The notes below the pieces were generated by a model. The model had not been told where the DNA came from, did not search any database, and saw nothing but the letters and a program-made list of their open reading frames with translations. DNA of 64,000 nt, from contig NC_042997.1 of assembly GCF_006345805.1 (NCBI RefSeq), positions 205,344,001 through 205,408,000 of the forward strand, written 5' to 3'. Below are positions 48,022-62,069 of this stretch, piece by piece. The stretch's first letter is position 1. Each line of letters begins with the position of its first letter. This DNA comes from Octopus sinensis. Its lineage: Eukaryota. A program made the position numbers and the translations under genes.

Positions 48022-50026
48022 GTAAGAGTTATGTCGTAAGAATACAATGATAACCATCAAGACATAGTGAGGATACTGTGCTAATATATTAGAGAAGACC
48101 AAGTACCCCACCATAATCTGAGGTTGATCAACAGAAGCTCAAAGTTGAAACTGAAAAGATAGATTCAGTTGTTGGGCTGTTCCATACGAGAAATATCACT
48201 GAAACCAAGAAGATTATTTGGGGTGCAGCAACTGTTGCTGCAGATAGACTTGGATAGAAAAGGAAAGAACAAACAGAACGTAAAGAACCGTTCTGGTGTA
48301 GAGGAATTTGTGAGGAACAAAGACATTTAGGACAAGTTGATAGATTGAGAAGAGGGGAATTGCAGAATGAAAGTATAAGAATGATGCTGGAAAGAACAGA
48401 TGGAATAAGAGATAAATTGTATGATGAGATATTGGAAGAATTGAAACAAAGAGTTGGAGCAATCAAAGCAAAAGAGGAAAGATAGAAGAAAATAATTCAA
48501 GCAGAACAGATTGTTTGAAGCATATGAGAAGTAACTGTTTCAGGAACTGGATGGGCAATTACACATAACAATGATACCAGAAGCAGAGGAAAGTAGGGCA
48601 TTTTGGAGAGGGATCTGGGACCAATCTGCAGATGATAATAATGAAGCAGAGTGGCTGCTTGAAATCCAAGATAGGTTAAGAAATATAGAAGGCAAAAAAG
48701 ACATAAAAATAACTACAGAAATGATAAAAAAGCAGTTAAGAAAATTCCCAAATTGGAAAAGCCCAGGACTGGATGGGGTTCCAGATTATTGGATGAAGAA
48801 GCTGAGAGGGATCCATCAAAGAAGAGTGCAACAGCTAGATGAGTGCTCGCAGGAAGGTGCAGTACCCAGCTGGAAGACAAAGGGAAAGACATTGTTACGT
48901 GCCAAGGATCCTGGAAAGGGAAATGTTGCATCCAACTTTAGAACAATAACATGCTTTCTGCTCACGTGGAAACTAATGTCAGGTAATTTGGCTGCTTAAC
49001 TGTACAGATGCTTGGGAAAAAGTGGGCTGCTACCCATTAAACAGAAAGGGAACCCTAAAAGGAGCCAGGAAATGAAGGATCAGCTCTTGATTGCTAATCT
49101 AATTATCAGGAAATGCAAGAGAAGACACACAAATCTGAGCATGGCATGGGTCGACTATCGCAAAGCAGAGGATATGATACCACACACCTGGATAATAAGA
49201 ACAATGGAAATGTATGGAGTAGCAGAGAATATGAGAAGCCTTATATGGAACAGTATGAAATGGTTGAAAATGGAATTGACAGCAGGGAATCAAGTATTAG
49301 GAAAGGTGAAAATCAAGAGAGGAATCTTCCAGGGGGACAATGTGTCCCCACTGATCTTTGTGCAGAAAATGATCCCCTTGAATGAAATGCTACAGAAAAC
49401 AAAGTTGGGGTATAATCTGGGAAGGGTTAAGGGAAAACTGGACCACATACTATTCATGGACGACTTGAAGTTGTTCACAAAAAGTGAGGCAGAACTGGAC
49501 AGCCTAGTCTGGTCTGTGTAGATTTTCTCCAATAATACTAAGATGGAGTTTGGACTCTCAAAATGTGCTACAAAGGTGATGAGATGAGGAAAGCTTGTCA
49601 GGACAGAAGGCATATGGTTACCAAGTGGTAAAATGATGAAGGCAATTCAACCTCAATCCAACTATGATTACAAGGGAATACTTGAGGCAGATGGAATCAG
49701 ACACAATGACATGGAGGGAAAGACAAAAAGTGAGTACCTGCGGTGAGTGAGAAAAGTACTGGCTTCAAAGCTGAATGTTAGAAACATAATTTCGGCAATA
49801 AACTTGTGCACAGTCGCAGTAGTTTGGTATGGCCCTGGAATCCTGAAGTGGACAGAGGGAGGGCTAAAAGAGATGGACAGGAAGTTAAGTAAGCCCCTAA
49901 TGATGCATGGAGCCCATCATCCACTGATCGCCTATACAGGAAGAGGAGAGATAAGTGTGGAAGACTGCGTGCATATCGAACTCAAGAGATTAATGAGATA
50001 AGTAACCCAAAGCAGGGAAACCCTGC
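48022..50026 (+). mobile_element. R4/Dong-type retrotransposon RT region, degraded, cut by the gap
   Basis: NWKSPGLDGV, NFRTITC, WVDYRKAEDMIPHTW, RGIFQGDNVSPL and HILFMDDLKLF; begins after (TAA)n. Confidence 0.9.
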
Positions 50027-50126
50027 NNNNNNNNNNNNNNNNNNNNNNNNNNNNNNNNNNNNNNNNNNNNNNNNNNNNNNNNNNNNNNNNNNNNNNNNNN
50101 NNNNNNNNNNNNNNNNNNNNNNNNNN
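50027..50126. other. assembly gap (100 N)
   Basis: Run of n. Confidence 1.
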
Positions 50127-53006
50127 AGTTTGCTGCTACTCTCATTTACCCTGAAGTACCGGAATATTACACATACAACAACAATAATTGGAAGCGCAGG
50201 TCACATGGAACAGAACTTGACAATGGCCCGGTGTTTCTAGGAGAACGTCATGAGCGTGTGTATAATATCATCCTACCAAACAGGAAATCTTCTTTTGAGA
50301 ATGCTACTTCATGTAGTTACTGGACCGAAGTGCTTTTGCTGATCTTCGCATGGTTGATGGTATATCTGCGCCACTTACAGGAAAGATGTTTGAGGTGCGG
50401 ACTTCTTCTCAATGACGACCACTTACACAGGACATTAGCAGAGACCTCAAATTGTAAACTGCCATGGCAAATGCGTCGATTGTTTTGTAGCATATTAATC
50501 CACTGTAATCCCAGCAACCCTCTTAACCTTTGGGAATCGTTCAGACAGAGCCTATCAAAGGACATACAGGCTAATTTAGTGCTACGTGATGGCAACGACG
50601 ATGTTTATAATGAGGCATTAATCGACATGAACAGACATATCAGACGCTATGTTATACGCGGTTTAAGTGAATTCCATCTGCCAACACCTGTCCATCATGA
50701 AGCGCCTTTGGATGTTGAATACATGTCAGAAAAAAACTACAACATTGCCGAATTGACGGAAACAATTACGCGAGATGAACCAAGACTTTTGCCTGAACAA
50801 AGAGAGATTTATAATGAATTATTGACAGCGTTAGATTGAACCAAGGAAAGCTTTTCTTTTTGAATGCTCCAGGTGGTACTGGTAAAACTTTCGTTATCAA
50901 TTTGATTCTCGCAAAGCTGCACGCTGAATTGCCATTGCATGTGCCTCAAGTGGTATTGCAGCGACACTGCTTCAAGGCAGCCGTACGGCACATAGTGCAT
51001 TCAAATTGCCCATGGACATTGGAAAGAAAGATAATCCTATATGTTATATAGATCGTAGTTCCTCAAGAGCAAGACTTCTTCGTGAATGCAGTCTTTTTAT
51101 TTGGGATGAGGCTACAATGAGTAATAAGGCCATGTTTGAGGCTCTTGACAGAACTCTCCAAGATTTGCGTCACAATACAAAAATAATGGGTGGAGCTACG
51201 TTTCTCATGGCAGGAGATTTTCGACAAACTCTTCCTGTTGTCCGAGCAGGCACTAGAGCCGATGAGGTTAATGCATGTATAAAGCATTCTTATGTGTGGC
51301 ACACTGTTATCAGTCGCCATCTTCAAACAAACATGAGAGTCCACCTACATGGTGATGTGGAGTCTGAGGCTTTCGCAAAACACCTATTAGATCTTGTGAT
51401 GGAGTTTTTGCCTTTCGTTGATGATGAGCATATTCGGTTGCCTTTTGGGAATTTCGTTCCAAATGTAGAAGAACTTATAAGAGCCGTTTTACCTGACATC
51501 GAAACCAACTTCCAGGATCTCGATTGGCTAAGAGCAAGAGCTATTCTATCGCCTCATAATACAACAGCTCATGCTACAAATAAACAAGTACTTGATATGA
51601 ATCCTGGTGAGATAGTTTCTTTCATGTCCATCGATACAAATAAAGATGAGAATGATGCAGTCAAAATCCACCCGAGCTACTCAACAAGCTAACACCTCCG
51701 GGACTTTCCACCTCATTATTTGTGTTTGAAAGTTGGTGCTCCAATCATGGTGCTCAGAAATATGGAAACGCCTGAAATATGCAATGGAACCCGAATGGTT
51801 ATTAGGAGGATTCAAAGCCATGTTATAACTGCTGAAATTTTGAGTGGACCATTTGTAGGAACAATCAAAATGATACATAAAATGAGTATTTCACCCTCTG
51901 ATGTTCCCATTCAGTTTAAACGCTTTCAATTTCCGATAAAACTATGCTTCGCGATGACAATCAACAAGTCACAAGGACAATCACTGGAAATTGTAGGCAT
52001 TAACCTGTCACAACCGGTTTTCAGTCATGGTCAATTGTACGTAGCCTGTTCTCGAGTTGGAAATCCACATAAACTCTTCATTCTTGGCAATCATGAGCGC
52101 ACAAGGAACGTGGTTTATCAGGAGGCTCTGACAAAAGAAACTGATTGTAAGTCATGAAATTTTGCTTGATTTTTATTTTGCACCTCTTCATTCTTGAAAA
52201 TAAAGACATTAAAAAGAACATGGTTCATAAAGAACATTGAGTTCAGATGTTGCAAACATTTGATCCAACTCATTCTCTTTATTCCTCATTTTCCGATTCC
52301 TTCTACGTCTCATTAAACGGTTTTGTCAAGTTATTGTTTCTTCGCTAACATAAGACATTCATAAAGTGAATGAGTTGTTAATTACATTTTATACACTATT
52401 CCATTGTTTAGGTGGTGTCGAAAGGACTGGCATGTGTCACCATATAAACTCTCTCAGTCAAACTCCCAACTCATGAGTTCACATCGTGATACTCTTTCTA
52501 CAAAACTAAGCTGGGTGTGAATTCTAATTTCATTCACTATTACAGATTTTTAAAGTTTTGAAACAAACACATTGCCTCTTTCGTTTTAAAACAATAAAAC
52601 AATACTACCTTAATACATTGGTCCAACAAACAAAACATCCAACACTCTCATTCTTTTATGTATCTGTCTTCCTCCATCACTCACTCACTTTTCTCCCTTC
52701 CTTTCAATTTCTATCTATAACGTCGTTTCACAGCGTCTACCTCCCTTACATTCACTTTCTCTTTATAACGTCATTTCACAGCGTCCGTTATCCCCCCTCC
52801 CTGCCTTCCACAGCGCTTTCACACACTCTCACTCTCTACGTCTGTCTGCATTCATAGAGAATTGTCATTGCCACCACCACAACTCAATCATGACAACAAA
52901 TATTATGAATCAGATATTTATTGGGTTAATTTATATATGTGTGTGTGTATCTATATATAAATATGTATATATAATAATTTTTATATACAAAGTGCATATA
53001 TCTGTA

Positions 53007-53048
<42 letters not shown>

Positions 53049-53075
53049 TATATTATATATATATATATATATATA

Positions 53076-53122
<47 letters not shown>

Positions 53123-53154
53123 TATAAATATATATATATATATATTATATATAA

Positions 53155-53209
<55 letters not shown>

Positions 53210-53272
53210 GTATACATTTATATATATATACCACACTCTTACCCGTGCGTAGAGCGGGTCACCTTCAGCTAG
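50127..53272 (+). mobile_element. Helitron 1, 3' half: PIF1-type helicase pseudogene, 3' UTR with (TA)n, hairpin and CTAG end
   Basis: APGGTGKT, IWDEATM, AGDFRQTLPV and QFPIKLCFAMTINKSQGQSL...HGQLYVACSRV across frameshifts; ACCCG...CGGGT hairpin at 53241-53259 and CTAG at 53269-53272. Confidence 0.92.
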
Positions 53273-56200
53273 TCTCTTATTATAAAAGGCAGATTTTATC
53301 TGCCTCCCAAACCATTTGTCTATTATACAAATCTACAATATAGAATTTCTTCAATTAGAATTTACCTATCATTTTTACGAGTAGAATCCATCGGGTCGTG
53401 GCAGGTACAGTTTTTCCAATTTCACCCCCAATTTTTCAAAAATTCGAGAAAACTCAATATTTTTAGATTTCCCTCTTTCATTTTAACTGCTTCACTCATA
53501 CCATTACCACCACACTTTCTGCTACTTTCTCTTTGCAAGTGTGCAACAATTAAAGTGAAACTTTTTATATAACAGGGATGAACTGCTTCACTCATGCTAT
53601 CACCCTAATTTCTCCTACTTTCTCTTTGCAAGTGTACCTTAAACCACTACTCAAAAAAAAAAAACAGCAAACAGAAACAAATAAATACATAACGATTTAC
53701 TCCTCACACAATTTCTTCAATTAGAGTTTACCTATGATTTTTCCAAGTACTTCCATTCGGTCATGCCATACAAAATTTCTTTCAATTTCACCCCCAATTA
53801 AGAAAAAATTCGAGAAAACTCAATATTTTACCATTTCACTCTTTCACTTCAAAGCCTTTACTCTGCCTATTACTCCCACTTCCTCTTTACACACATAGAC
53901 ACGCAAATATATACGACAGTGTCAATTGTTGAAAGAAATTATAAGCTAACGTGCGTGTGTATGCGTGTGTGTGTGTGAGTGTGTGTGTGTGTGTGAGACA
54001 GGGATGAGCCATTCAGACTGGTCATCCCTTTTTGCTAGAAGAAGATCCCCTGTGGTCTTATATGCTACACCACTGGTTTTCAGTTCAAAAAGGACTATTC
54101 ATTATAATACATCAGTTCCACACATTTACCCTGGTTCCATTTCGGACAACTGCACAAACATTTGCCATTTGACACGTGTATGTAAACAAATTCCTTTCTT
54201 AAAAATTTCAATTCATTTTCTTTTTCAATTTACGTTTCTATACACTTTACGCAAATATTTGATTAAACAACTAAAACACTTCATATTTCGAACATGTACG
54301 TAAACTACTTCCATTCTTGCAAATCTAACTTTCTTTTCTTGCTTTTAACTGAAATTTCAATACATCTTACACACTCTGTCACTATACTTGCATAAAAAAT
54401 TTCTTTCAGCTGCTAATATTTATTTCTTTTCCTTCCACAGTTTACATTTTTCCACATTTCATTCACATTACAATTTCTATCTTTAAGCAACTTTCACCCT
54501 TTCTTTTTCACATAAAATGCCACCGAAAAAGAGAAGTCGCCTCGGCCACCATACTGCAGCAGCAGCGGCGCAAAAGGCGATTATCGCAAACGAGTCTTCC
54601 GACAAAAAGGCTTTCAGACTTTCACAGACCGCCTTACGTTCAGCACAATCACGAGCTGCTGAAAATTTACAACAGCGCAACCCACGCCTAGCAAAAATGG
54701 CTTCATATGATGCTGCTTCCACGGCTTCAGACGGTCCGGAAACAAGGTCAAAGCGCAGCGCCATAAAGGCTTCTGCTGTTGCTGCACAAAGGGCTTCAGA
54801 GGACCCACAACAAAAGGCCACTCGACTGGCTACAAACGCTGCGGCTACTGCTGCTTCAACATTTTCGACACATTCCCATGACTCAGACCAGCAACGTTCT
54901 ACATTCCAGCGGAACAGTCGACGCCACGGTCTGACGAGTCCAAACAGCCCTTACTGGCATCTACGGGCTTTCAAGTATGACCCCAACTTCAATTACTCAA
55001 TGCACGCTGACATAAATATTGGGGAAATGTGCTTCAATTGCCAATTCTGCAATACTAAAAAGTGGGCTGGGGAACCACCTGCGATGTGCTGTTTAAACGG
55101 TAAGGTCAGCTTGCCCCCTCTTCGGGAGCTGCCAGACCCTTTGAAGGAATTATTTACTGGTTCTACCTCAAGGTCATCAAAATTCCTTCAATTCATCAGG
55201 AAGTACAATTGTGCATTTCAGAATACTTCTTTCGGGCCTAACGTTGTCAGAGAAACTGGTTGGATGCCTACTTTCAAGGTCCAGGGCCAGGTGTACCACC
55301 TTATTGGGTCACTCCAGCCACTACAAAATTGCAAACCTTCGTTCCTTCAAATTTATTTCATTACAAATTACAATAGGCAACTTGATTTGCATTTCGACGT
55401 AATTCCACAACCCGCAAACACTGACGCTGACAATTTCGACAGAGACGTGCTGCTCACTCTGCAAAACATGCATCATGACCACAACAGGTATATTTCCAGT
55501 TTCAAATACGCCTTGGAAACAGCCCCTTCACCAACATTCACCATTGTCGTCGATGCTGACAAAAAGCCTTCTGGGGAGCACGCACGCCAATATAACGCTC
55601 CTTCATGCAATGAAGTGGCCATAGTTCTCCATGGTGAACAGCACAAGCAGCGAGACATAGTTCTTCAAAGCCGCGACAGTGGTCTTCAGCATATTAATGA
55701 GACGCATCGGTCATATGACACCCTGCAGTATCCCCTTCTTTTTCCGTATGGAGAAGACGGGTACCATTTCAGCATTCCTCACCACAAACCAAACGAGCCC
55801 TCGGCTGCGACATCTAAAACCGTTTCATGTATGGCTTTTTACTCATACCGCTTCATGACAAGGCATAATGATTTCAACCCCCTGCACAGATCACGGGAAC
55901 TGTTTCACTGTTTGCAGTTGACATGGCTGAAAAAGATGGAGTCCGAGAGACTGTGCTTCATCAAATTGAATCAGAAGCAGCTGCACTCAGACTCCTACAT
56001 CCATTTGCGTGATGGCATCAGGAATGACACTGACGCCCGCAATATCGGCAAAATGTGCATTCTCCCCTCAACCTATACAGGGGGCCCACGGTACATGCAC
56101 GAGCGAACACAAGACGCTATGACTTACGTTCGGCATTATGGGCGACCCGATTTATTCATTAACTTTACATGTAACCCAAAGTGGGTTGAGGTAACGCGAG

Positions 56201-56690
56201 AACTTCTCCGAGGGCAGCAGTACTGTCATCACCATGATATTATTGCAAGGGTTTTCAGGCATAAACTGGCTAAGCTCATTCATTTAATTAAAAAAGGGCA
56301 AGTTTTTGGCCCTGTCTCTTGCCTACATAGGAAATCCACTCTCTTTTAACACAGCATGAAGTTTTGTAACAGCACATCCGCTGCCATTCGTGCAAAACGA
56401 AGAGACCCTATTCACCTGTGAACGTTTTACATCGCCTTCCACGAATATCAAATTCTTACAATTATGAGAACAATAACATGGCTCTTTTCAAGGTAACCTC
56501 GCATTCAATTCTTACACCATTCTACGAGGGGGTAGGAACCCCTTTACACGGCTTTCTTTACACTTACAAATACATTCATTCGCCGTAAACTTATATCAAT
56601 ATTTGCCTGAATAATCATCATAATTCAGTGCAATATTTAACAGTACTTTCAAGCAATTCAGCCCCGAGCAATGCCGGGCAATTCTGCTAG
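53273..56690 (+). mobile_element. Helitron 2, internally deleted, with both ends
   Basis: Starts TC at 53273 and ends with a CCCG...CGGG hairpin and CTAG (56687-56690), followed by T(AT)n. Confidence 0.9.
54517..56349 (+). CDS. N-terminal 610 aa of Helitron RepHel, truncated before the HUH motif
   Basis: CQFCNTKKWAGEPPAMCCLNGKV, FKVQGQVYHLIGSL, YDTLQYPLLFPYGEDGY, GGPRYM and GRPDLFINFTCNPKW; ends before EWQKRGLPH. Confidence 0.85.
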   Translation: MPPKKRSRLGHHTAAAAAQKAIIANESSDKKAFRLSQTALRSAQSRAAENLQQRNPRLAKMASYDAASTASDGPETRSKRSAIKASAVAAQRASEDPQQKATRLATNAAATAASTFSTHSHDSDQQRSTFQRNSRRHGLTSPNSPYWHLRAFKYDPNFNYSMHADINIGEMCFNCQFCNTKKWAGEPPAMCCLNGKVSLPPLRELPDPLKELFTGSTSRSSKFLQFIRKYNCAFQNTSFGPNVVRETGWMPTFKVQGQVYHLIGSLQPLQNCKPSFLQIYFITNYNRQLDLHFDVIPQPANTDADNFDRDVLLTLQNMHHDHNRYISSFKYALETAPSPTFTIVVDADKKPSGEHARQYNAPSCNEVAIVLHGEQHKQRDIVLQSRDSGLQHINETHRSYDTLQYPLLFPYGEDGYHFSIPHHKPNEPSAATSKTVSCMAFYSYRFMTRHNDFNPLHRSRELFHCLQLTWLKKMESERLCFIKLNQKQLHSDSYIHLRDGIRNDTDARNIGKMCILPSTYTGGPRYMHERTQDAMTYVRHYGRPDLFINFTCNPKWVEVTRELLRGQQYCHHHDIIARVFRHKLAKLIHLIKKGQVFGPVSCLHRKSTLF

Positions 56691-56692
56691 TA

Positions 56693-56760
<68 letters not shown>

Positions 56761-59700
56761 CTATATATCTATATATTATATATATATAAGAAAAATGTGT
56801 GTGTGTGTTTATCATTTAATTGACTGAGAGACACGGCAAAAGAAGCAGCATCCTTTGTTTCCAATCTTCTACAGAAACATGTTTGTTATTAGAGGAATAT
56901 TATCTTGCTTCAAAACAGGTGAAGGTTGGTGACAGGAGAGGCACCCAGCCATCGAAAATGCTGCCTCAATGGATTCCATCTTATCTATGCAAGCAAAGGA
57001 AAAGAGGCTGCTAAAGTAATGATGATTTTTATGATGATGATGATGATGGGTAAAGGTTTTATTTCTGTAATTTTTCACAAGTCTTATTTTTGAAAATTTA
57101 AGTCGAAAAGAGAAAATTTTACAAAACTATGATTAAAAAATAAATAAATACCTTTCTCCGCCATGATTTCAACGGGTATTTTTGCTCTGCAAATGAAAAT
57201 AAAATAATTAGGAAAAACATTGTTACGGTATTAAATACATCATTTGTTGTCAAAGTAAATTCTCTCTCTCTCTCATATAATTACAGTTAAGAGAGAGATC
57301 AGAACAACTGGGCAGGACTCAGACAGGAATCCATCTCCCCCCTTTACCATTCAGATTCCTCAGTCAAATGCAATGCTTGTCTATTCACATTGTTTTGAAT
57401 CGATGCCATTATCTCATAGCTTAAACATTGTGATAACGTGATTATTTTTTTAGCATGACATTGTAGGGCAGGTGTTCCAGGGGCTGGATCTTGCCAGTTT
57501 AAATATAAAACAAGTTATATGTTTGGGCCAGTTTAAACGCTAAAAGGTTAATTGTCAACATTGTGCAAGGTAATAAGGTTTACGTGTGTTTGTGAGAATG
57601 TACAAAAGATATTTTCACATTTAACAAAGTCAGCTGAATAACGTGTTAGCCAAACGTGTGATAGAAAATGAATGCACAAATGCCTGTGTTTATAAAATCA
57701 AAATGTTTACCAGTTGACAATGGTTGACAGCAAGCAAAAACACTGTCCAGTTTTTAAGCTGGTAAGAGGTATTGTCATGGAATGTGCAAACAAGGGGCTC
57801 TGTATGATTTTGCTCAAAATGCAAGTGAGTCTGCAGTGTGTCTACCATCAGCAAGTGAAGTCTGCATATGTGTGTAGTAGGTTCAGAGAAAGATGTGCAG
57901 CAGTTGGACAGTCTTTTCCCAGTGTGTTTTCTGCCAACAACACCTTGGTCTTGAACCACATAATACAGCAATGGTGATTGGTCAATTGTTTCGTTGGGGT
58001 TGTGGTACTCCTGTCACAATGCCAGTCACCGTGACTCCAGCTAAAATGTGGAAAGCAAAGAAACCAAAACCTGCTGCGTTTCGTTTTTTAACAGATTAAT
58101 GTGCAACTTTTGGGTTACAACTGGCCAATCAACAAGGCTCAGCAAATTCTCAACAAGCCATTCTTTGATGCCTTACCAATGCATTACATAAAGAATCTTC
58201 AAAGTTGAATGTAATTAGGAGTAAGTTGACTGTGCTTGAGGTTGTTTTACCAATCTTTGTGCATATAACATGAATAGACATTCTCTCTTACTGCTTTGAT
58301 CAACCAACTTACAACACACATACACACACACAGTGTCTCTCCCCCTCCCCCCTCTCTCGTAATGAAACTCTAAAAGGCAACATATTATTAAAGACAAGCA
58401 TTTACATTAAAATTAGATTTAGACAACTTATTTTCCTGTGCATACACTTGATAAACCTCATTCAGATGTTTTACATGTTTTGTAAATACAACTATCTTAC
58501 AACTTACGGAAAAATAGGTGTTCTTTCTGTTGTACAATGCCAAAAGTTCTGGTTTCAATTTCACCAATTGTATTTCATTTGGAAAATGAAAGGCTGCCAC
58601 AAAATGAGTAAGACAAGGTACTATGTGCTGCTTCAGTTCTTCAGAAAACAGACTCATACACATCAATATTCATTCGAAAACATCAGAAACATTCAGACAT
58701 GCCAAAAGAATAACATTTTAAAATCTAAATCAAATGAAAGAGGATCAGGGAAAAAATGGCACAGGATATGAAATTAATGAAATTAGACTAAATATAAGAA
58801 AACCCAACATAAAATATTCTTCTTCTTCTTCACGATCTGCTGGAATGTTCTGTTCGTGATACATTTACCCACCATGCAGTTAAAGAGAAGAAATTACTGA
58901 AATTAGTCATTACTCGTAACTTTTGGGAAACTTGAAGATTATCAAATTAGACATTAGTATGAGGAAAAATTGACTTGGAATCCAGCAGAGAAATCAATAT
59001 TGATTGTTTAGCATGAAAAATTATCCAGATATTTTATTAGCAACCTCAATTACAATTGCAGAGAAATTTCTTGACAAAAAAAAGGGGACCTGCCCCTTGA
59101 CTATGCTTTGTACTTCCACAACTTCAACAGCAACAACCAGTTTTTACCCCCAAGTATAATGTAATCTCTATTTTTCTATGTGGATTTTAAAAAAATAATT
59201 TTGAAAGAAGTTAAAAATTCAAAATTGGGGTGGGGGGTGGGGGGGAGTTAAGGTTATTAACATTTTGAAAACGTATTTTGGAGACAAAATCCTAATCTTC
59301 TATATGGAAGACAGGAACCGAAGAAATTTTGGTAAAAAAATAATGAGGGGAAGATAAAGTTTCTAAATACACTCATCACAAATACAAATTGCAACATTAA
59401 AAAAAAGGTCATTTCAATTAAAGTTGAGCTGTAATTTTTTAAGTCATACTGAAATTTTACAAAATTCCGTTTATTAAATCTACAAAAATTTATTTATTTG
59501 AGCAGTTCAATAAATAAATTTTTTCCCAACCATTATTTCCAAATTCATTAGCAGATAATTAAAGAAAAAATGGCAGTTATTTGCAGCTATTCCAAAAGAC
59601 CACCTGCCCCTTTCTCAAGAGTCACATGTCTAAGTAAAAATGAGTGGTGCCCTTTCCATGACAAACATTAAGCAGATGATATTTAGCTGTCTGCAATATT

Positions 59701-59999
59701 ATTAAAAAAAATTGATTTCAATTGGAGTCAAACTGAATCTTTCTCCCTTTGAACATCAAATTTACACACCTATGTCAATTTTAATCCCTTCAAGACCTGA
59801 AAATTTGGGGGAGGGGGATGAGTCGTGTACATTGGCCCCAAAACTCAACTGGTACTTATTTTATTGACCCAGAATGGATGAAAAGCAAAGTCGACCTCGG
59901 TGGAATTTCAACTCAGACTAACAAAATATGTATATAGATATGTGTGTGAGTGTGTGTGTATACACATACACACACACACATATCTATATGTGTGATATC

Positions 60000-62060
60000 T
60001 AACCAGTTTTCGCTATTTAAATTAGCTTTTCAAGGGACATTGTACAGTAATCAATACTTGTGACAAAGGGGTCTCGCCATTTTGGATGCTTGAAAAATAA
60101 GAGTGTGGACCGAGGGAAGTAACAAGGGGCAAGGGGGCAACTAATTCCTAAGTATAATTTTTGAAGTTGTCAAGTTTGTTTATTAAGGTGTGGTCTGTAC
60201 TTTTGTATGTATTTCTTTACTACCCACTAGGGGCTAAACACAGAGAGGACAAACAAGGACAGACAAACAGATTAAGTCGATTACATCGACCCCAGTGCAT
60301 AACTGGTACTTAATGTATCGACTCCGAAAGGATGAAAGGCAAAGTCGACCTCAGAGGAATTTGAACTCAGAACGTAACGGCAGACGAAATACAGCTAAGC
60401 ATTTCACTCGGCGTGCTAACGTTTCTGCCAGCCCACCGCCTTTTGTATGAACAGGTTTTCCTTGTTTAGGCGTTCTGGTAAGGAGATCGAATCTTTGAAT
60501 TCGTATACTGGAAAGATTTGGAAATTCAGCATTTTATTTCTTGCACATCTATCAACATGTTCGCTAAGGGCTATCTGCCTGTATTGAGGAAACGAATCTG
60601 TTCTTTATGCAGCGTGACTCTGCATCTCAAAGTAAGGCTCATTTGGCTCACATAAATGTGGCCACATCCTGAGCAGGTTTGGACATAGTTAAGGTTCTGG
60701 GAAGCATATGTGAAGTTGGTCTTAATTGAGAATTTTACTCCTTGCTGGAATATAAATTCTGAGCCTTCAGTTAGGTATGGGCATGTACCACAATTAGGTC
60801 ATCTGCATTTTTAACTGTTGGTATCATATGTATTGAGTATAGTTTTGCATTTGTTAGGAGTCTCTTGAGTGATTTGTCTTGTCCTTTGCATTTTAGTAAT
60901 TTATGTGGATTTAGGATGTTGTTCATTTTTGGGTCTTGAGTGAGCAGAGAGAGATTTTGTCTAATTGTGTTGTATGCTTCATTGGTTGTGGGTTGATATG
61001 TATGGGAGTGATTTAAAGTGAGGTGTGGTGTTTTGTTTTGTTGCCCTTAGTATGTCTGTGTCCAATTTCTTGGCACATTCAATTCCATGGTCTATAAGTG
61101 TAGGTGGGTATTGACGTTCAATGAGTGTTATTCTGAGGTCTTGTAGGCAAAGTTCCCGAGTGGTTGTGTCAGATACAATTGTACAGATCCTTTTTGCAAG
61201 ATTGAATGGGATACTTATTTTGGTGTGTTTAGGATGGCATGAACTGAAAAGGAGATACTGTTTTGAGTCTGTTGGTTTGTAGTAAATGTCAGTTGCAATT
61301 TGGTTGTTGGATTTTTAAAATCAAAATGTCCAGAAATGGGAGCTGTTTCTTGCTATATTCCATTGTAAATTGAATGTTGGGGAAAATATTGTTCAGTGTG
61401 GATATAAAATCCAGGAGTTTATCATAGGTTTCATTCCAGATGATAAAACAATTGTCTAGGTACCTTTTTCAGTTTTCCCTTATATACTGGTGGAATGGGG
61501 TTCCAAATTTTTGGAGCAAAACTTCATATAAGGTAGATTCAAAGAAAACCATTATTAGGTTTGCAAGGACAGGTGCTGCTTTTGTTCCCATCGCAATACC
61601 GTATTTTTGGTGGTAGTATGTTGCATCGAATAGGAAGTAATTATTTTGTAGGATGAACTTCAAGGATTCAATGACAAAAGTCTGGTTTATGCGATCCAGG
61701 AGAACTTCAGGGTATTTTTCTAACCAGAATTTTATTGCCTCTATTCCGTAGTCATGTGGAATGTTGGTGTAGAGGTTGATGACATCGAAGGAGACAAATA
61801 GAGCTTCTTCATTGGTGGTTTTTGGTAGATGCTCTAGCATGTCCAGATTGTCTCTAATGAAACTTTTAATGTATTTGAGGAAAGGTTTCAATAGTATGTC
61901 CAGAAATTTGCTTAGGCAGTGTGTTTCACAGGCTGGGCCCACAATAATAGGTCTTCTGGTGTTGGGATATTTATGTATAGACCTGGATTTCATTTGCAGG
62001 CATTGGTAATAATTTGACTCTTGTGGATTTTGAGGAGGCCATAGAAAAGGCTTGGTTTGC
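60000..62060 (-). mobile_element. Penelope-like element (RT plus GIY-YIG), degraded, with a SINE inserted at about 60205-60440
   Basis: RPII...SFDVINLYTNIPH...GIAMGTKAAPVLANL...RYLDN, KPTDSKQYL...HP, CGTC and an endonuclease ending ENLFIQK|YRPHLNKQT*; SINE target duplication CTTTTGTATG. Confidence 0.9.
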
Positions 62061-62069
62061 ATGTCATCA

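Noticed and set aside
57690-58100. Overlapping Cys-rich short ORFs
   Set aside because: No consistent motif in any frame, so I could not assign it to a gene or transposase.
58388-58666. 92-aa ORF with an internal GTAAGT as a candidate upstream exon
   Set aside because: Poor acceptor, phase-0 end does not fit module B exon 1, and no domain similarity.
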